Below are positions 1-8,742 of a stretch of 57,601 nucleotides of DNA, one piece after another. The stretch lies in the NCBI GenBank assembly GCA_028716165.1, contig JAQUQI010000010.1, positions 1-57,601 of the forward strand, in the 5' to 3' direction. The notes beneath the pieces are model-generated. The model made no database searches. It was not told where the DNA came from and worked only from the letters and a program-made list of their open reading frames with translations. How positions within the stretch are numbered: position 1 is the first letter of the stretch; each line of letters starts with the position of its first letter. The stretch is from Candidatus Omnitrophota bacterium (lineage in GTDB: Bacteria; Omnitrophota; Gorgyraeia; JABMRG01). A program made the translations under genes and the position numbers.

Positions 1-146
1 TCGCCCTCTATCTTGATTACCTCGGCCTTAAGCCTGCTATCCCGTCTCAAGACATAACCTACTTCATTTTGTGAAATATCGCCGGTGAAGCGGACCTGAA
101 TCATATTACCGGTGACCGCTGTTATATTGCCAATACGCTTACTCAT
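1..146 (-). CDS. ntpA: V/A-type ATP synthase subunit A (5' fragment, runs off window)
   Basis: Manual minus-strand translation from ATG at 146 gives MSKRIGNITAVTGNMIQVRFTGDISQNEVGYV...LKAEVIKIEG, a typical subunit A N-terminal beta-barrel. It follows subunit E and DUF2764. Confidence 0.85.
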   Translation of the reverse strand, partial: MSKRIGNITAVTGNMIQVRFTGDISQNEVGYVLRRDSRLKAEVIKIEG

Positions 147-639
147 ATTTTACCTCGCACATATCCTGGAATACCCCTTCTCCGATTTCTTTATTAAAAT
201 GGCTTAGTCTTTCTATTATTTGCAACTTTATATAATACAATATTAAAAAATTAATATCAAAAAAATTCCCTGCTTCCAGGCTGTCTAAATATTCCCACCT
301 AAACCTCTCAAATGCCTGCTCTATAAGGAGGGGATCGGGCTGCTCCCAGATACCTTTTATAGACAAGGCCGGCCTGTCACGCCTATTGCTTTTAGCTAAA
401 ATACGCGCCTCGGCTAATTCAGAACGCAGGTTTTTGTCAAATTCCCTCCACGCCCTTAAAACCGGCGTGCCGTCGGAACCCGCGGCATTGCCCAGGGCGG
501 CGCCTTCTATCCTTTTTATGTCGCCATCGCTTAACCACTTACGACACTCTGATAAAAATCCCTGTCTATCCACGGGGCCCTGCTGGGTGAGCCTCAAGGC
601 AGGCAATGACGCGATAAGATAATAATATTTATTTGCCAT
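139..639 (-). CDS. DUF2764-family protein (V-type ATPase subunit C-like)
   Basis: YYYLIASLPAL start and F.INFLILYYIKLQIIER motif; position between subunit E and subunit A. Confidence 0.8.
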   Translation of the reverse strand: MANKYYYLIASLPALRLTQQGPVDRQGFLSECRKWLSDGDIKRIEGAALGNAAGSDGTPVLRAWREFDKNLRSELAEARILAKSNRRDRPALSIKGIWEQPDPLLIEQAFERFRWEYLDSLEAGNFFDINFLILYYIKLQIIERLSHFNKEIGEGVFQDMCEVKYE

Positions 640-1264
640 TGGGCGTATTTTGTTTTAATCCTAAATCAATATCAAGCGCGTCAACAAGCTTAGGATTAAG
701 ATAGCGCCTGAAGCCTTCGGCAATCGCCTGATCGGTAAAATCAACATAAGAACCCATGCCTTTTGCTCCTATGCGGAATCCGCCGTCTATGCCGGGTTTT
801 TCCTGTAGAGACAGCTTTGCTCGCGCCTCTTTTCTTAACGCCTCAAACAATACCTTCTCAAGGGCCTTTTTGTCGTTTTCATTCAACACAACTTCTATAT
901 CCGTAATACCCTGCTTAATGGAGTGTTCAACCGCCTTCAGGATAATGTCTTTTAAGCTGTCGGGCTTAAGCTCCTGGACCACCTGATTTTTTACGACACG
1001 GGCAAAAAATTCGCTAACCCTTACGCGCAGCATCAGAAGAGCGTCTCTTGCCGCCTGCTTTAAGGCCGTCTCCGATGACCGCCTGAAATTCTCCGCTTCC
1101 TTTTTGGCGCTTGCTATAATTTCCTCGCTTTTTTTTGCCGCTTGGCCAAGGATCTCATCGGCTTGTGTTTTCGCCGCATCCGTTATCCTGGCAGACTCCG
1201 CAAGGGCCCGGTCAATACCATCCTGTTTGATCTTTTCTATCAGGTATTTTAAATCCGTTTCCAT
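629..1264 (-). CDS. ntpE: V/A-type ATP synthase subunit E
   Basis: LIEKIKQDGIDRA start, Ala/Lys-rich coiled coil, GIDGGFRIG...VDFTDQAIAE C-terminal domain. Confidence 0.88.
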   Translation of the reverse strand: METDLKYLIEKIKQDGIDRALAESARITDAAKTQADEILGQAAKKSEEIIASAKKEAENFRRSSETALKQAARDALLMLRVRVSEFFARVVKNQVVQELKPDSLKDIILKAVEHSIKQGITDIEVVLNENDKKALEKVLFEALRKEARAKLSLQEKPGIDGGFRIGAKGMGSYVDFTDQAIAEGFRRYLNPKLVDALDIDLGLKQNTPNGK

Positions 1265-1320
1265 CTCAAACCTCTTTTGTTTTAAGCATTTTTAAAAGGC
1301 GGGCCTTTTTTAATATTGCC

Positions 1321-1902
1321 TTATCGGGGCATCTGGCGAGAGCCCGGCTTAGCAATAGGAACATTTGCCTTGCATAAAGGACATTTATCCGCAGTATATG
1401 TTTTGATGTTCAGCGTTTTAACGCTGTAAAACGGGATACGGCCAAACGGTTTATTCTTTGCGCTGCGGTTTATCAACGAAACAACCCCGATTATACGAGG
1501 AGAATACGGCCTGATCGCTACCATGACTTCTTTAACCGATCTGCCTGTGGTAATAACGTCTTCCGCTATCAGCACACGCTCGCCTTTTTTTATAGTAAAA
1601 CCCCGGCGAAGCTGCATTACCGAATCTTTTCTTTCCGCGAACATCGCCCTTGCGTGAAGAGCCCGGGCCAATTCATAAGCCACAAGAATACCGCCATATG
1701 CAGGGCCGATGACGATATCGGCTTTCATCTTTTTCAGTTTTACCGCTATGTCCCGGCACATAGCTGCCGCGTATTCGGGCCTGCTCAAAAACAGGGCGCA
1801 TTGCAGGTAACCGCCGCTATGCAAACCGCTTGATAATAAAAAATGGCCGGACAAGAAAGCCCCTGTTGCGCTAAGCATTTGCTGAAAAACAGACTCTCGC
1901 AT
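1321..1902 (-). CDS. pyrE: Orotate phosphoribosyltransferase
   Basis: GHFLLSSGLHS and PRPP-binding VLIAEDVITTGRS motifs. Confidence 0.97.
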   Translation of the reverse strand: MRESVFQQMLSATGAFLSGHFLLSSGLHSGGYLQCALFLSRPEYAAAMCRDIAVKLKKMKADIVIGPAYGGILVAYELARALHARAMFAERKDSVMQLRRGFTIKKGERVLIAEDVITTGRSVKEVMVAIRPYSPRIIGVVSLINRSAKNKPFGRIPFYSVKTLNIKTYTADKCPLCKANVPIAKPGSRQMPR

Positions 1903-1927
1903 AAGCCGTAAACCTTTTTTGCCCTAT

Positions 1928-1956
1928 AGCATAAACCCTTGGTAGTTTTTTGTCAA
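1928..1956 (-). promoter_or_regulatory. Putative sigma70 promoter for pyrE
   Basis: Minus strand reads TTGACA-17 nt-TATGCT in the pyrF-pyrE gap. Confidence 0.6.
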
Positions 1957-1994
1957 GACCAATCGTGGTTACGGTACGGTGGAATGAAATCGGA

Positions 1995-2726
1995 TTAAGC
2001 CAAATCCGATAATATATCTCTTGCGGATTTTAAAGGATTTTTAGATTTGGCGATAGGCCTTCCGACAACTATGTAATCAGCGCCTTTATTAGATGCCTGG
2101 TGCGGCGTAACAACCCTCTTTTGGTCCTGGTCAGAAACCCAGTATGGGGGCCGTATGCCGGGAGTAAGTACAATAAAATCTTTACCGCACGCCTGGCGTA
2201 TTACATCTATTTCCCGCCCGGAGCAAACGACTCCGTCCATGCCGCAGTCTTTAGCTAATAAAGCAAGTTTTTTAATTTGCGACCTGGGCGCGCGAGCAAT
2301 ACCGACGTTTTCCAATTCTCCCCTGTCCATGCTTGTAAGCATGGTAACGGCTAATAATAAGGGTTTTTTTTGCCGTCCTCTTGCCTGAAAAGCCGCCTCC
2401 ATCATAGCCCTGCCGCCCAAAGCATGCACGTTAGTTATCAGGACGCCCATGGAACAGGCCTGCCGCACGGCGCCCGCCACAGTATTGGGTATATCATGAA
2501 ATTTTAAATCCAAAAAAACATCGGCGCCTTTTTTGCGGACCATGGCAACAGAGTCGCGGCCTGATCCGGTAAAAAGCTGACTGCCTACTTTAAATATTGA
2601 CACATCCGGATACAGCATGTCAACCAATCTCCGCGCCTGGGCCAGGGTATCAACATCTAAAGCGACGATAAGTTGTGTTTTGTCCGCGCCCTTTGCGCCT
2701 TTACCTTTGCTGTTTGGCACCTTCAT
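1995..2726 (-). CDS. pyrF: Orotidine-5'-phosphate decarboxylase
   Basis: IVALD, FKVG, FLDLKFHDIPNTV and TPGIR motifs. Confidence 0.98.
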   Translation of the reverse strand: MKVPNSKGKGAKGADKTQLIVALDVDTLAQARRLVDMLYPDVSIFKVGSQLFTGSGRDSVAMVRKKGADVFLDLKFHDIPNTVAGAVRQACSMGVLITNVHALGGRAMMEAAFQARGRQKKPLLLAVTMLTSMDRGELENVGIARAPRSQIKKLALLAKDCGMDGVVCSGREIDVIRQACGKDFIVLTPGIRPPYWVSDQDQKRVVTPHQASNKGADYIVVGRPIAKSKNPLKSARDILSDLA

Positions 2727-3655
2727 ACCTTAAGTTGTCCTATAAGTTCCCTGATATTTTTCATGCCACGGTTTTTCAAATAGAGCCTTAGCCCTCTGAT
2801 GATGTTGCTGGCAGCGGCGGGGTCAACAAAATTTGCCGTGCCTATCTGCACGGCTGATGCTCCGCATAAAAAAAATGCTATGGCATCTTCAGTGCTCATA
2901 ATACCGCCTATGCCGATAATGGGTATCTTAACACGATGATAGGCCTGCCATACCATTGCAAGGGCAACCGGTTTTATCGCAGGCCCGCTCAAACCTCCTG
3001 TTATATTACCCAAACGGGGTTTCCCGCGCGCGATATCAACGTCCATACCAATCAGGGTATTGATCATTGAGACCGCGTCAGCCCCTGCTTTTTCAGCAGC
3101 GCGCGCGATAAGTCCGATATCGGTAACGTTTGGCGAAAGCTTAGCGATAACAGGTTTGTCCGTCTGTTTTTTTACCGACCTGATAATGCATGATGTGGTG
3201 TAAGGATCCTGGGCAAACAACGTAGTCGGACTTTTATGCTCTATGTTCGGACAGGATATGTTCACTTCTATAGCATCAACGTCCGTAGCATCAAGCGCCT
3301 TGGCAAGAGCCTCATAATCCTGCCGGCAAACGCCCGCAATGCTTGCTACAATTCGCGTGCCGGCTGATTTAAGAAGAGGGAGTTTGCTGTGGACAAAATC
3401 ATCAAGGCCTTCATTTTGTATTCCTATCGCATTCAACAGGCCTGCCGTCGTTTCCCACAAACGCGGAGGCCGGTTACCCGGGCTGGGCTGCAGGGTTATG
3501 GATTTGGTAATAACAGCGCCTAATTCAGAGACACTTATAAGCTCTCTGCATTCCTGGGTATAACCAAAGGTGCCGGAAGCTGTCATAACCGGATTGGCTA
3601 ATTTGAGGCCTCCTATATCTATTTCCAAGGCATTATTCGTATTTATCTTTTTCAT
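2723..3655 (-). CDS. pyrD: Dihydroorotate dehydrogenase (family 1B) catalytic subunit
   Basis: NPVMTASGTFG, EVNISCPN, KLSPNVTDI and GGLSGPAIKP motifs. Confidence 0.97.
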   Translation of the reverse strand: MKKINTNNALEIDIGGLKLANPVMTASGTFGYTQECRELISVSELGAVITKSITLQPSPGNRPPRLWETTAGLLNAIGIQNEGLDDFVHSKLPLLKSAGTRIVASIAGVCRQDYEALAKALDATDVDAIEVNISCPNIEHKSPTTLFAQDPYTTSCIIRSVKKQTDKPVIAKLSPNVTDIGLIARAAEKAGADAVSMINTLIGMDVDIARGKPRLGNITGGLSGPAIKPVALAMVWQAYHRVKIPIIGIGGIMSTEDAIAFFLCGASAVQIGTANFVDPAAASNIIRGLRLYLKNRGMKNIRELIGQLKV

Positions 3656-3658
3656 AAG

Positions 3659-4510
3659 CTAATCCCAGACTATATCCGCCAGATCAAACACCGGACCTTC
3701 TTTGCATACACGTTCATAGCCGCGTTGTGTTTTTATGGCACAACCAAAGCAAGCGCCGACGCCGCAACCCATACGCTCTTCAAAAGACCCCTGCGTTTTT
3801 ATTTTGTACGGCTTGACTATTTTTGCTACAGAGGCAAGCATGCCCATTGGGCCGCAGGCATACAGGCCTACTTCCGGCGCATAATCGCCTATGGTCACAT
3901 CCGAGACGGAACGGGGCCCGGCCCGTAACGATGCCTTGCGTATGTCAAAATCTCCTATTATCTTTTCCAGCATGGCGGTTGCTAAACCGCGGTCTCCCCG
4001 TGACCCGTCTTCAGTGACAACAATGACCTTAGCACCTATTTCCTGGAATTCTTTAACGCACACGACAGAGGCGGCGTCTTTAGCGCCTATAATTACGGTT
4101 ATGGCTTTTTTTCTATATGTAGCCAGTCGGTCGGCCAGAGCTACCAAAGGCGCCACTCCCATACCCCCCGCTATAAGAACAAAATTTGACTGGCCCTTGG
4201 GCACTTTGAAACCATTGCCCAGCGGACCTATAACATCAAGAAAAGTACCTTTTGAGCGGCGCGACATAAGCTGTGTACCTTTACCATTTACTTTGTACAA
4301 AAGCTCAACGATATCCTGCCGATCACTTATACGATGCACACTTATAGGCCTCCTCAAAAGGGGCTCGTATCCCGCGCCGGCTCTTATATGCAAAAACTGG
4401 CCGGGCCTGGCTTTGCCGGCAAACCCTTCAATGCAAAGTGCCATTTTAAAATGCCCCGGGGCTATTTCTTTGTTTATCAGAATTTCAGCCTTAGTCTGCA
4501 ACTTTTGCAT
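3659..4510 (-). CDS. pyrK: Dihydroorotate dehydrogenase electron-transfer subunit
   Basis: PGQFLHI, LLRRPIS, GPLGNGF and ACGP motifs plus the [2Fe-2S] motif MGCGVGACFGC...VC. Start moved to ATG 4510, which has a GGAGG SD. Confidence 0.95.
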   Translation of the reverse strand: MQKLQTKAEILINKEIAPGHFKMALCIEGFAGKARPGQFLHIRAGAGYEPLLRRPISVHRISDRQDIVELLYKVNGKGTQLMSRRSKGTFLDVIGPLGNGFKVPKGQSNFVLIAGGMGVAPLVALADRLATYRKKAITVIIGAKDAASVVCVKEFQEIGAKVIVVTEDGSRGDRGLATAMLEKIIGDFDIRKASLRAGPRSVSDVTIGDYAPEVGLYACGPMGMLASVAKIVKPYKIKTQGSFEERMGCGVGACFGCAIKTQRGYERVCKEGPVFDLADIVWD

Positions 4511-5744
4511 GATTTCCTCCGCAAGCATAATCCGTGCGTTTAACAGATGCGGGATTTAAATCAATAGTCCCATAAACACCATCATAGCCCGCCCTTACGC
4601 CCACGTTACCTTGCCTTACATTCAACACGGCATCCGCCGTTTTGCACGACAGGCCCTTGTAAAGAACACTGCTATCGGCAAAAAGCAAGGCGTTGAATTC
4701 AGAACCAAAAAAATTTATAGCAGCCTTATACTCACTTATAACTGTTTTTGAGCAAATACCCTTTTTTTGAGTTGCCGCGATCAATTCAAGCAAAGGAACA
4801 AGGCGCCTGAAAGGTATCGCATCCTTGGGCATAAAATTCTCGGGTCTGTCCGACAACGCTTCAACCCTGCTCATTACGCCTATAGTCAATTTTTTCCCGC
4901 AGACAGGGCATATGCCGGCGCACATCCTGGTCTGGCTGGGGCTATAACAAACCCCGCACGAGCGGTGGCCGTCATAATGATATTTGCCTTCCTGGGGAAA
5001 AAATTCTATCGTGTACAGAAAGCGTTTGCTGTCTTTTTCTTTTAAGGCGGATAGTATATGCTCATATCCAAGCCCGGTATCAAACACATTGGCCTCTCTT
5101 CCTATCTTACCTGGCGAATGAGAATCTGAATTTGAAATAAGGCTATATTTATCAAGCGAGCTCACCCGCCAGCACATATCAGGGGAGGCGCTTAATCCTG
5201 TTTCCAGGGCATAAATATTTTCCGACTGTTCTTCAAAACACTCTTCTATTGAATCAAAACCCGACATGGACCCAAGCACGCTGAACCACGGGGTCCATAC
5301 GTGCGCCGGCACAATCATGGCCTGCGGCGAAGCGTCAAGGGCGATCTTTACCAAGTCCTTGGCGTCAAAGCCAAATATCGGTCTGCCATCCGAAGAGATA
5401 TTGCCGCGCTTTTCAAGTTCTTTGCTTACACGGTCGGCTGTTTTAAAGTCGGGTACAAACAAAATGGTATGCACGCGTCTGCCCTTGCCATTCTTTTTAT
5501 AGATATTGCTTATTTCGGCGGTTAATATGAATTTAACTTTATCGTATTCATATAAACCGTTTGTATGCCGGCCCAAGTTTTTTTTAAGCTCCTTACGCCA
5601 TAAGGGATGGGTAAAATCCCCTGTCCCGACAACCGCTATTCCCTTTGTCGCGGCCCATGCGGTTATGTTTTTCACACCCATATCAGGGCTTGTTGCCCGG
5701 CTATATCGTGAATGTATATGAAAATCCGCTATAAATTGCCCCAT
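4491..5744 (-). CDS. Endonuclease Q-family PHP-domain protein
   Basis: ADFHIHSRYS, GTGDFTHP, PAHVWTPW, SNSDSHS and GKYH motifs; Zn ribbon C..C...CPVCG. Confidence 0.88.
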   Translation of the reverse strand: MGQFIADFHIHSRYSRATSPDMGVKNITAWAATKGIAVVGTGDFTHPLWRKELKKNLGRHTNGLYEYDKVKFILTAEISNIYKKNGKGRRVHTILFVPDFKTADRVSKELEKRGNISSDGRPIFGFDAKDLVKIALDASPQAMIVPAHVWTPWFSVLGSMSGFDSIEECFEEQSENIYALETGLSASPDMCWRVSSLDKYSLISNSDSHSPGKIGREANVFDTGLGYEHILSALKEKDSKRFLYTIEFFPQEGKYHYDGHRSCGVCYSPSQTRMCAGICPVCGKKLTIGVMSRVEALSDRPENFMPKDAIPFRRLVPLLELIAATQKKGICSKTVISEYKAAINFFGSEFNALLFADSSVLYKGLSCKTADAVLNVRQGNVGVRAGYDGVYGTIDLNPASVKRTDYACGGNHAKVAD

Positions 5745-5750
5745 AAATTC

Positions 5751-7025
5751 TTAAGCCTGGTACGCAACCGCACCGTTTAATATTGTAAAAATAACTTTAC
5801 CTTTTAAGCGCATTCCTAAAAAGGCGGAATTTTTTGACTTGGAAACAATGCCGCGTTTTTCAACCATCCATTCGCGCTCCGGGTCAAATATTACCACGTC
5901 TGCGTCGCTGCCGGCGGAAAGAGTGCCCTTTTTCAGGCCGAGAATGCGCGCTGGTCCTGTTGAGCATATCTGGGCAATCTTTGTCAAATCGGTGCTGTCA
6001 TTGCCGTATAAAGCGGTAAGTGTTACCGGCAGCATGGTCTCAAGCCCAATCACGCCAAAAGCGGCCCGCTCAAACTCTATGTCTTTTTCATTCTCGGTGT
6101 GCGGGGCGTGATCCGTGGAGACAATATCTATAACGCCATCTATTACCGCCCGCTTCAAGGAGTTACGATCGTCGCAGCTTCTTAACGGAGGATTCATCTT
6201 CTTGTTGGTATCAAAACCCCTTACATCGTCCTCGCAAAGCATAAGATAATGAGGACACGTTTCGGCCGTAACCTTAACACCTTTTGCTTTCGCCTGGCGT
6301 ATTACGTCCACGCTTTCGGCACAACTTACGTGGGCAATGTGTATTCTAGCCTGCGCTGATTCAGCAATGTTTATATCGCGTTCAACCCTTTTGTATTCCG
6401 ATTCCTTGGAAATCCCGCGCAGACCCATGCTGGTTGAAATAAAACCCCTGTTTACCGTACCTCCGGCGGAAAGCGCGGTATCTTCACAGTGGCATACTAT
6501 AAGAACACCTGTTTTCCGGCATATATCAAAGGCGCTTGAAAGGAGTTTTTCATCGTCAACAGACGAACCGTCATCAGTAAATGCCAATACGGATTTATTG
6601 CAAAGCCCCTCAATATCCGTCAAGGCGTGGCCTTTTCTGTTCTTGGTTAGAGCTCCGGCGACAAACACATTGGCCTTGGCTGACTTTTGAATACGCTTTT
6701 GTAAAAGCCCCGCCGCCTGCGCGGAATCAATGCATGGAGTGGTATTGGGCATGGCAAGAACGGATGTAATGCCGCCGGCAAGCGCGGCCATGGTGGCTGT
6801 TTCTATGGTTTCCTTGTCTTCGCGGCCCGGTTCGCGCAGGTGCGCGTGCATATCAACCAGTCCGGGCATAACCACAAGCCCTTTCGCGTTTATCGCCTGC
6901 GATGTGCCGGGTATTATACAATCCGCAATCCGAACGATTTTACCGTTTTCTATTAATACATCTTTTATCGCGCGCAATCCTTGAGAAGGATCTACCACGA
7001 GCCCCTGTTTGATGATAATACTCAT
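5751..7025 (-). CDS. pyrC: Dihydroorotase (type I)
   Basis: DMHAHLREPG, MPNT, HCED, HIAHVS and TDHAPH motifs. Start set at ATG 7025 (ATGA overlap with pyrB stop). Confidence 0.97.
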   Translation of the reverse strand: MSIIIKQGLVVDPSQGLRAIKDVLIENGKIVRIADCIIPGTSQAINAKGLVVMPGLVDMHAHLREPGREDKETIETATMAALAGGITSVLAMPNTTPCIDSAQAAGLLQKRIQKSAKANVFVAGALTKNRKGHALTDIEGLCNKSVLAFTDDGSSVDDEKLLSSAFDICRKTGVLIVCHCEDTALSAGGTVNRGFISTSMGLRGISKESEYKRVERDINIAESAQARIHIAHVSCAESVDVIRQAKAKGVKVTAETCPHYLMLCEDDVRGFDTNKKMNPPLRSCDDRNSLKRAVIDGVIDIVSTDHAPHTENEKDIEFERAAFGVIGLETMLPVTLTALYGNDSTDLTKIAQICSTGPARILGLKKGTLSAGSDADVVIFDPEREWMVEKRGIVSKSKNSAFLGMRLKGKVIFTILNGAVAYQA

Positions 7026-7957
7026 AATCCCCGCCTGCCTTGCCAGGCCAAAAACAGGACCGCCATACGAACCGCTATCCCGTTTGTGACCTGTTCCAAT
7101 ATCACCGAACGGCACCCGTCAGCAACTTCGCTTGATATCTCTATACCTCTATTAATAGGGCCGGGGTGCATGACGATAATATCCTTCTTCGCCCGTTTAA
7201 GCCGCTCCTCGGTAACTGCAAAATTCTTGAAATACTCAAGCTGTTTTGGAAACGCCGTTGTTTTATCGCGCTCAAACTGCATGCGCAGGACATTGATTGC
7301 GTCCGCTTCCTGTATAGCATTGTCTATTTTATCCGTAATCCTTACCCCCATTTTTTCAATCCCAGGGGGGATAAGCATCTTCGGCGCGCATACGGTAACC
7401 CGAGCGCCAAGCTTTGTCAAGCCCCATATGTTTGACCTGGCCACCCGCGAATGCGCTATGTCGCCGACAATACTTATGTTAAGCCCTTGTATGCGGCCCA
7501 AACGCTGCCTAATCGTGAAAATATCCAGCAGGGCCTGTGTCGGGTGTTCATGCCAACCGTCCCCGGCATTAATCACGCTTATATCAACCCGCCGGGCCAG
7601 CATTGCCGCGGCGCCGGACGCGTTATGCCGCACCACAATAATATCAGCCTTCAACGCCTGTATGTTTAAGCCCGTGTCAATCAGGGTCTCGCCCTTGCGT
7701 ATGCTTGATGTCTCTGTTTCAATGTTGATTACATCGGCGGAAAGGCGTTTTGCCGCTATTTCAAAGGATATCCTTGTGCGCGTAGACGGCTCATAAAACA
7801 AATTCACCACTGTTTTACCGCGCAAGGCCGGGACTTTTTTTACGCCTCTTGTGGAAACTTCTTTGAATGAATCTGCGGTCAGCAGGATATGCTCTATCTG
7901 TTCCCCTGTCAGATACTCCAGCCCTAAAAGATCTTTTTGGCCCCACCTGCTCATCAC
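7022..7957 (-). CDS. pyrB: Aspartate carbamoyltransferase catalytic subunit
   Basis: FYEPSTRTRISF, HPTQALLD, GDIAHSRVARS and MHPGPINRG motifs. Confidence 0.98.
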   Translation of the reverse strand: MMSRWGQKDLLGLEYLTGEQIEHILLTADSFKEVSTRGVKKVPALRGKTVVNLFYEPSTRTRISFEIAAKRLSADVINIETETSSIRKGETLIDTGLNIQALKADIIVVRHNASGAAAMLARRVDISVINAGDGWHEHPTQALLDIFTIRQRLGRIQGLNISIVGDIAHSRVARSNIWGLTKLGARVTVCAPKMLIPPGIEKMGVRITDKIDNAIQEADAINVLRMQFERDKTTAFPKQLEYFKNFAVTEERLKRAKKDIIVMHPGPINRGIEISSEVADGCRSVILEQVTNGIAVRMAVLFLAWQGRRGL

Positions 7958-8508
7958 GCTAAGTCTCCATCAAAAACGCACACCTCATCAACGCCATCTT
8001 TCTCTTTTAATTTTACCCTGACCACCTGGGTCGCGGATGTGGGTATGTTCTTGCCGACATAATCCGCTCTGATAGGCAATTCTCTGTGCCCGCGGTCCAC
8101 CAAAATAGCCAACTGTATTGATTTGGGCCTGCCAAAATCAATAAAAGCATCCAATGCCGCTCGTATAGTACGGCCGGTATACAGGACATCGTCAACAAGC
8201 ACTATATGCTTGGTTGACACGTCAAAGCTTAGGTCTGTTTCGCGCACAACGGGCTGGGAATCGGAAATCATTAAATCATCGCGGTAAAGCGTTATATCAA
8301 GTACACCACGGGTCAGTGTATTGCCGGTTATCCGTTCCAGAGCCAAGGACAAGCGCTCGGCGAGATATTCGCCCCGGGTACGTATGCCCACTATCGCTAT
8401 CGCGCTGGCATCCTGATTGCGCTCAACAATTTCATGTGCCATTCGCTTTAGGGCATTATCAACGGCCTGGGCATCCATAACCTGTATTTTGGTATTATTA
8501 TTTTTCAT
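7954..8508 (-). CDS. pyrR: Bifunctional pyr operon attenuation protein / uracil PRTase
   Basis: RMAHEIVE, GIRTRG, LDITLYRDD, VLVDDVLYTGRT and RELPIRAD motifs. Start set at ATG 8508. Confidence 0.96.
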   Translation of the reverse strand: MKNNNTKIQVMDAQAVDNALKRMAHEIVERNQDASAIAIVGIRTRGEYLAERLSLALERITGNTLTRGVLDITLYRDDLMISDSQPVVRETDLSFDVSTKHIVLVDDVLYTGRTIRAALDAFIDFGRPKSIQLAILVDRGHRELPIRADYVGKNIPTSATQVVRVKLKEKDGVDEVCVFDGDLA

Positions 8509-8531
8509 ATATTTCACAAAAAAGGGCTGAT

Positions 8532-8559
8532 AAAAAAATACCCGCATATTTAATGCGGG
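8532..8559 (-). terminator. Intrinsic terminator of the pyr leader
   Basis: Minus-strand stem CCCGCAT/ATGCGGG with a 5-nt loop, followed by UA and U7. Confidence 0.85.
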
Positions 8560-8583
8560 ATACGTCTAATTTTACCATTTACG

Positions 8584-8620
8584 CCCCTTTCCGGCCTCGC
8601 GGAGCCTGATTAAAAGGTTT
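8584..8620 (-). promoter_or_regulatory. PyrR-binding loop (anti-antiterminator)
   Basis: Minus strand reads AACCUUUUAAUCAGGCUCCGCGAGGCCGGAAAGGGG, matching the CUUUAA...UCC.GNGAGG...AAG pattern of PyrR sites. It lies between the promoter and the terminator. Confidence 0.85.
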
Positions 8621-8631
8621 ATATTGTTAAT

Positions 8632-8660
8632 ATTTTATCACCATAAGAGGCGCATGTCAA
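8632..8660 (-). promoter_or_regulatory. sigma70 promoter of the pyr operon
   Basis: TTGACA-17 nt-TAAAAT with TGn extension on the minus strand. Confidence 0.75.
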
Positions 8661-8742
8661 GACCGAATACATATTGGCCTGATCGGAACATGCAAATACA
8701 TTACATTATGACCGCAAAAACCGGCGCGGCAGGCAAAAGACA

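Noticed and set aside
3880-3960. About 25-aa insertion in PyrK (KASLRAGPRSVSDVTIGDYAPEV)
   Set aside because: It falls in a variable loop before ACGP, all cofactor motifs are intact, and there is no splicing or repeat signature.
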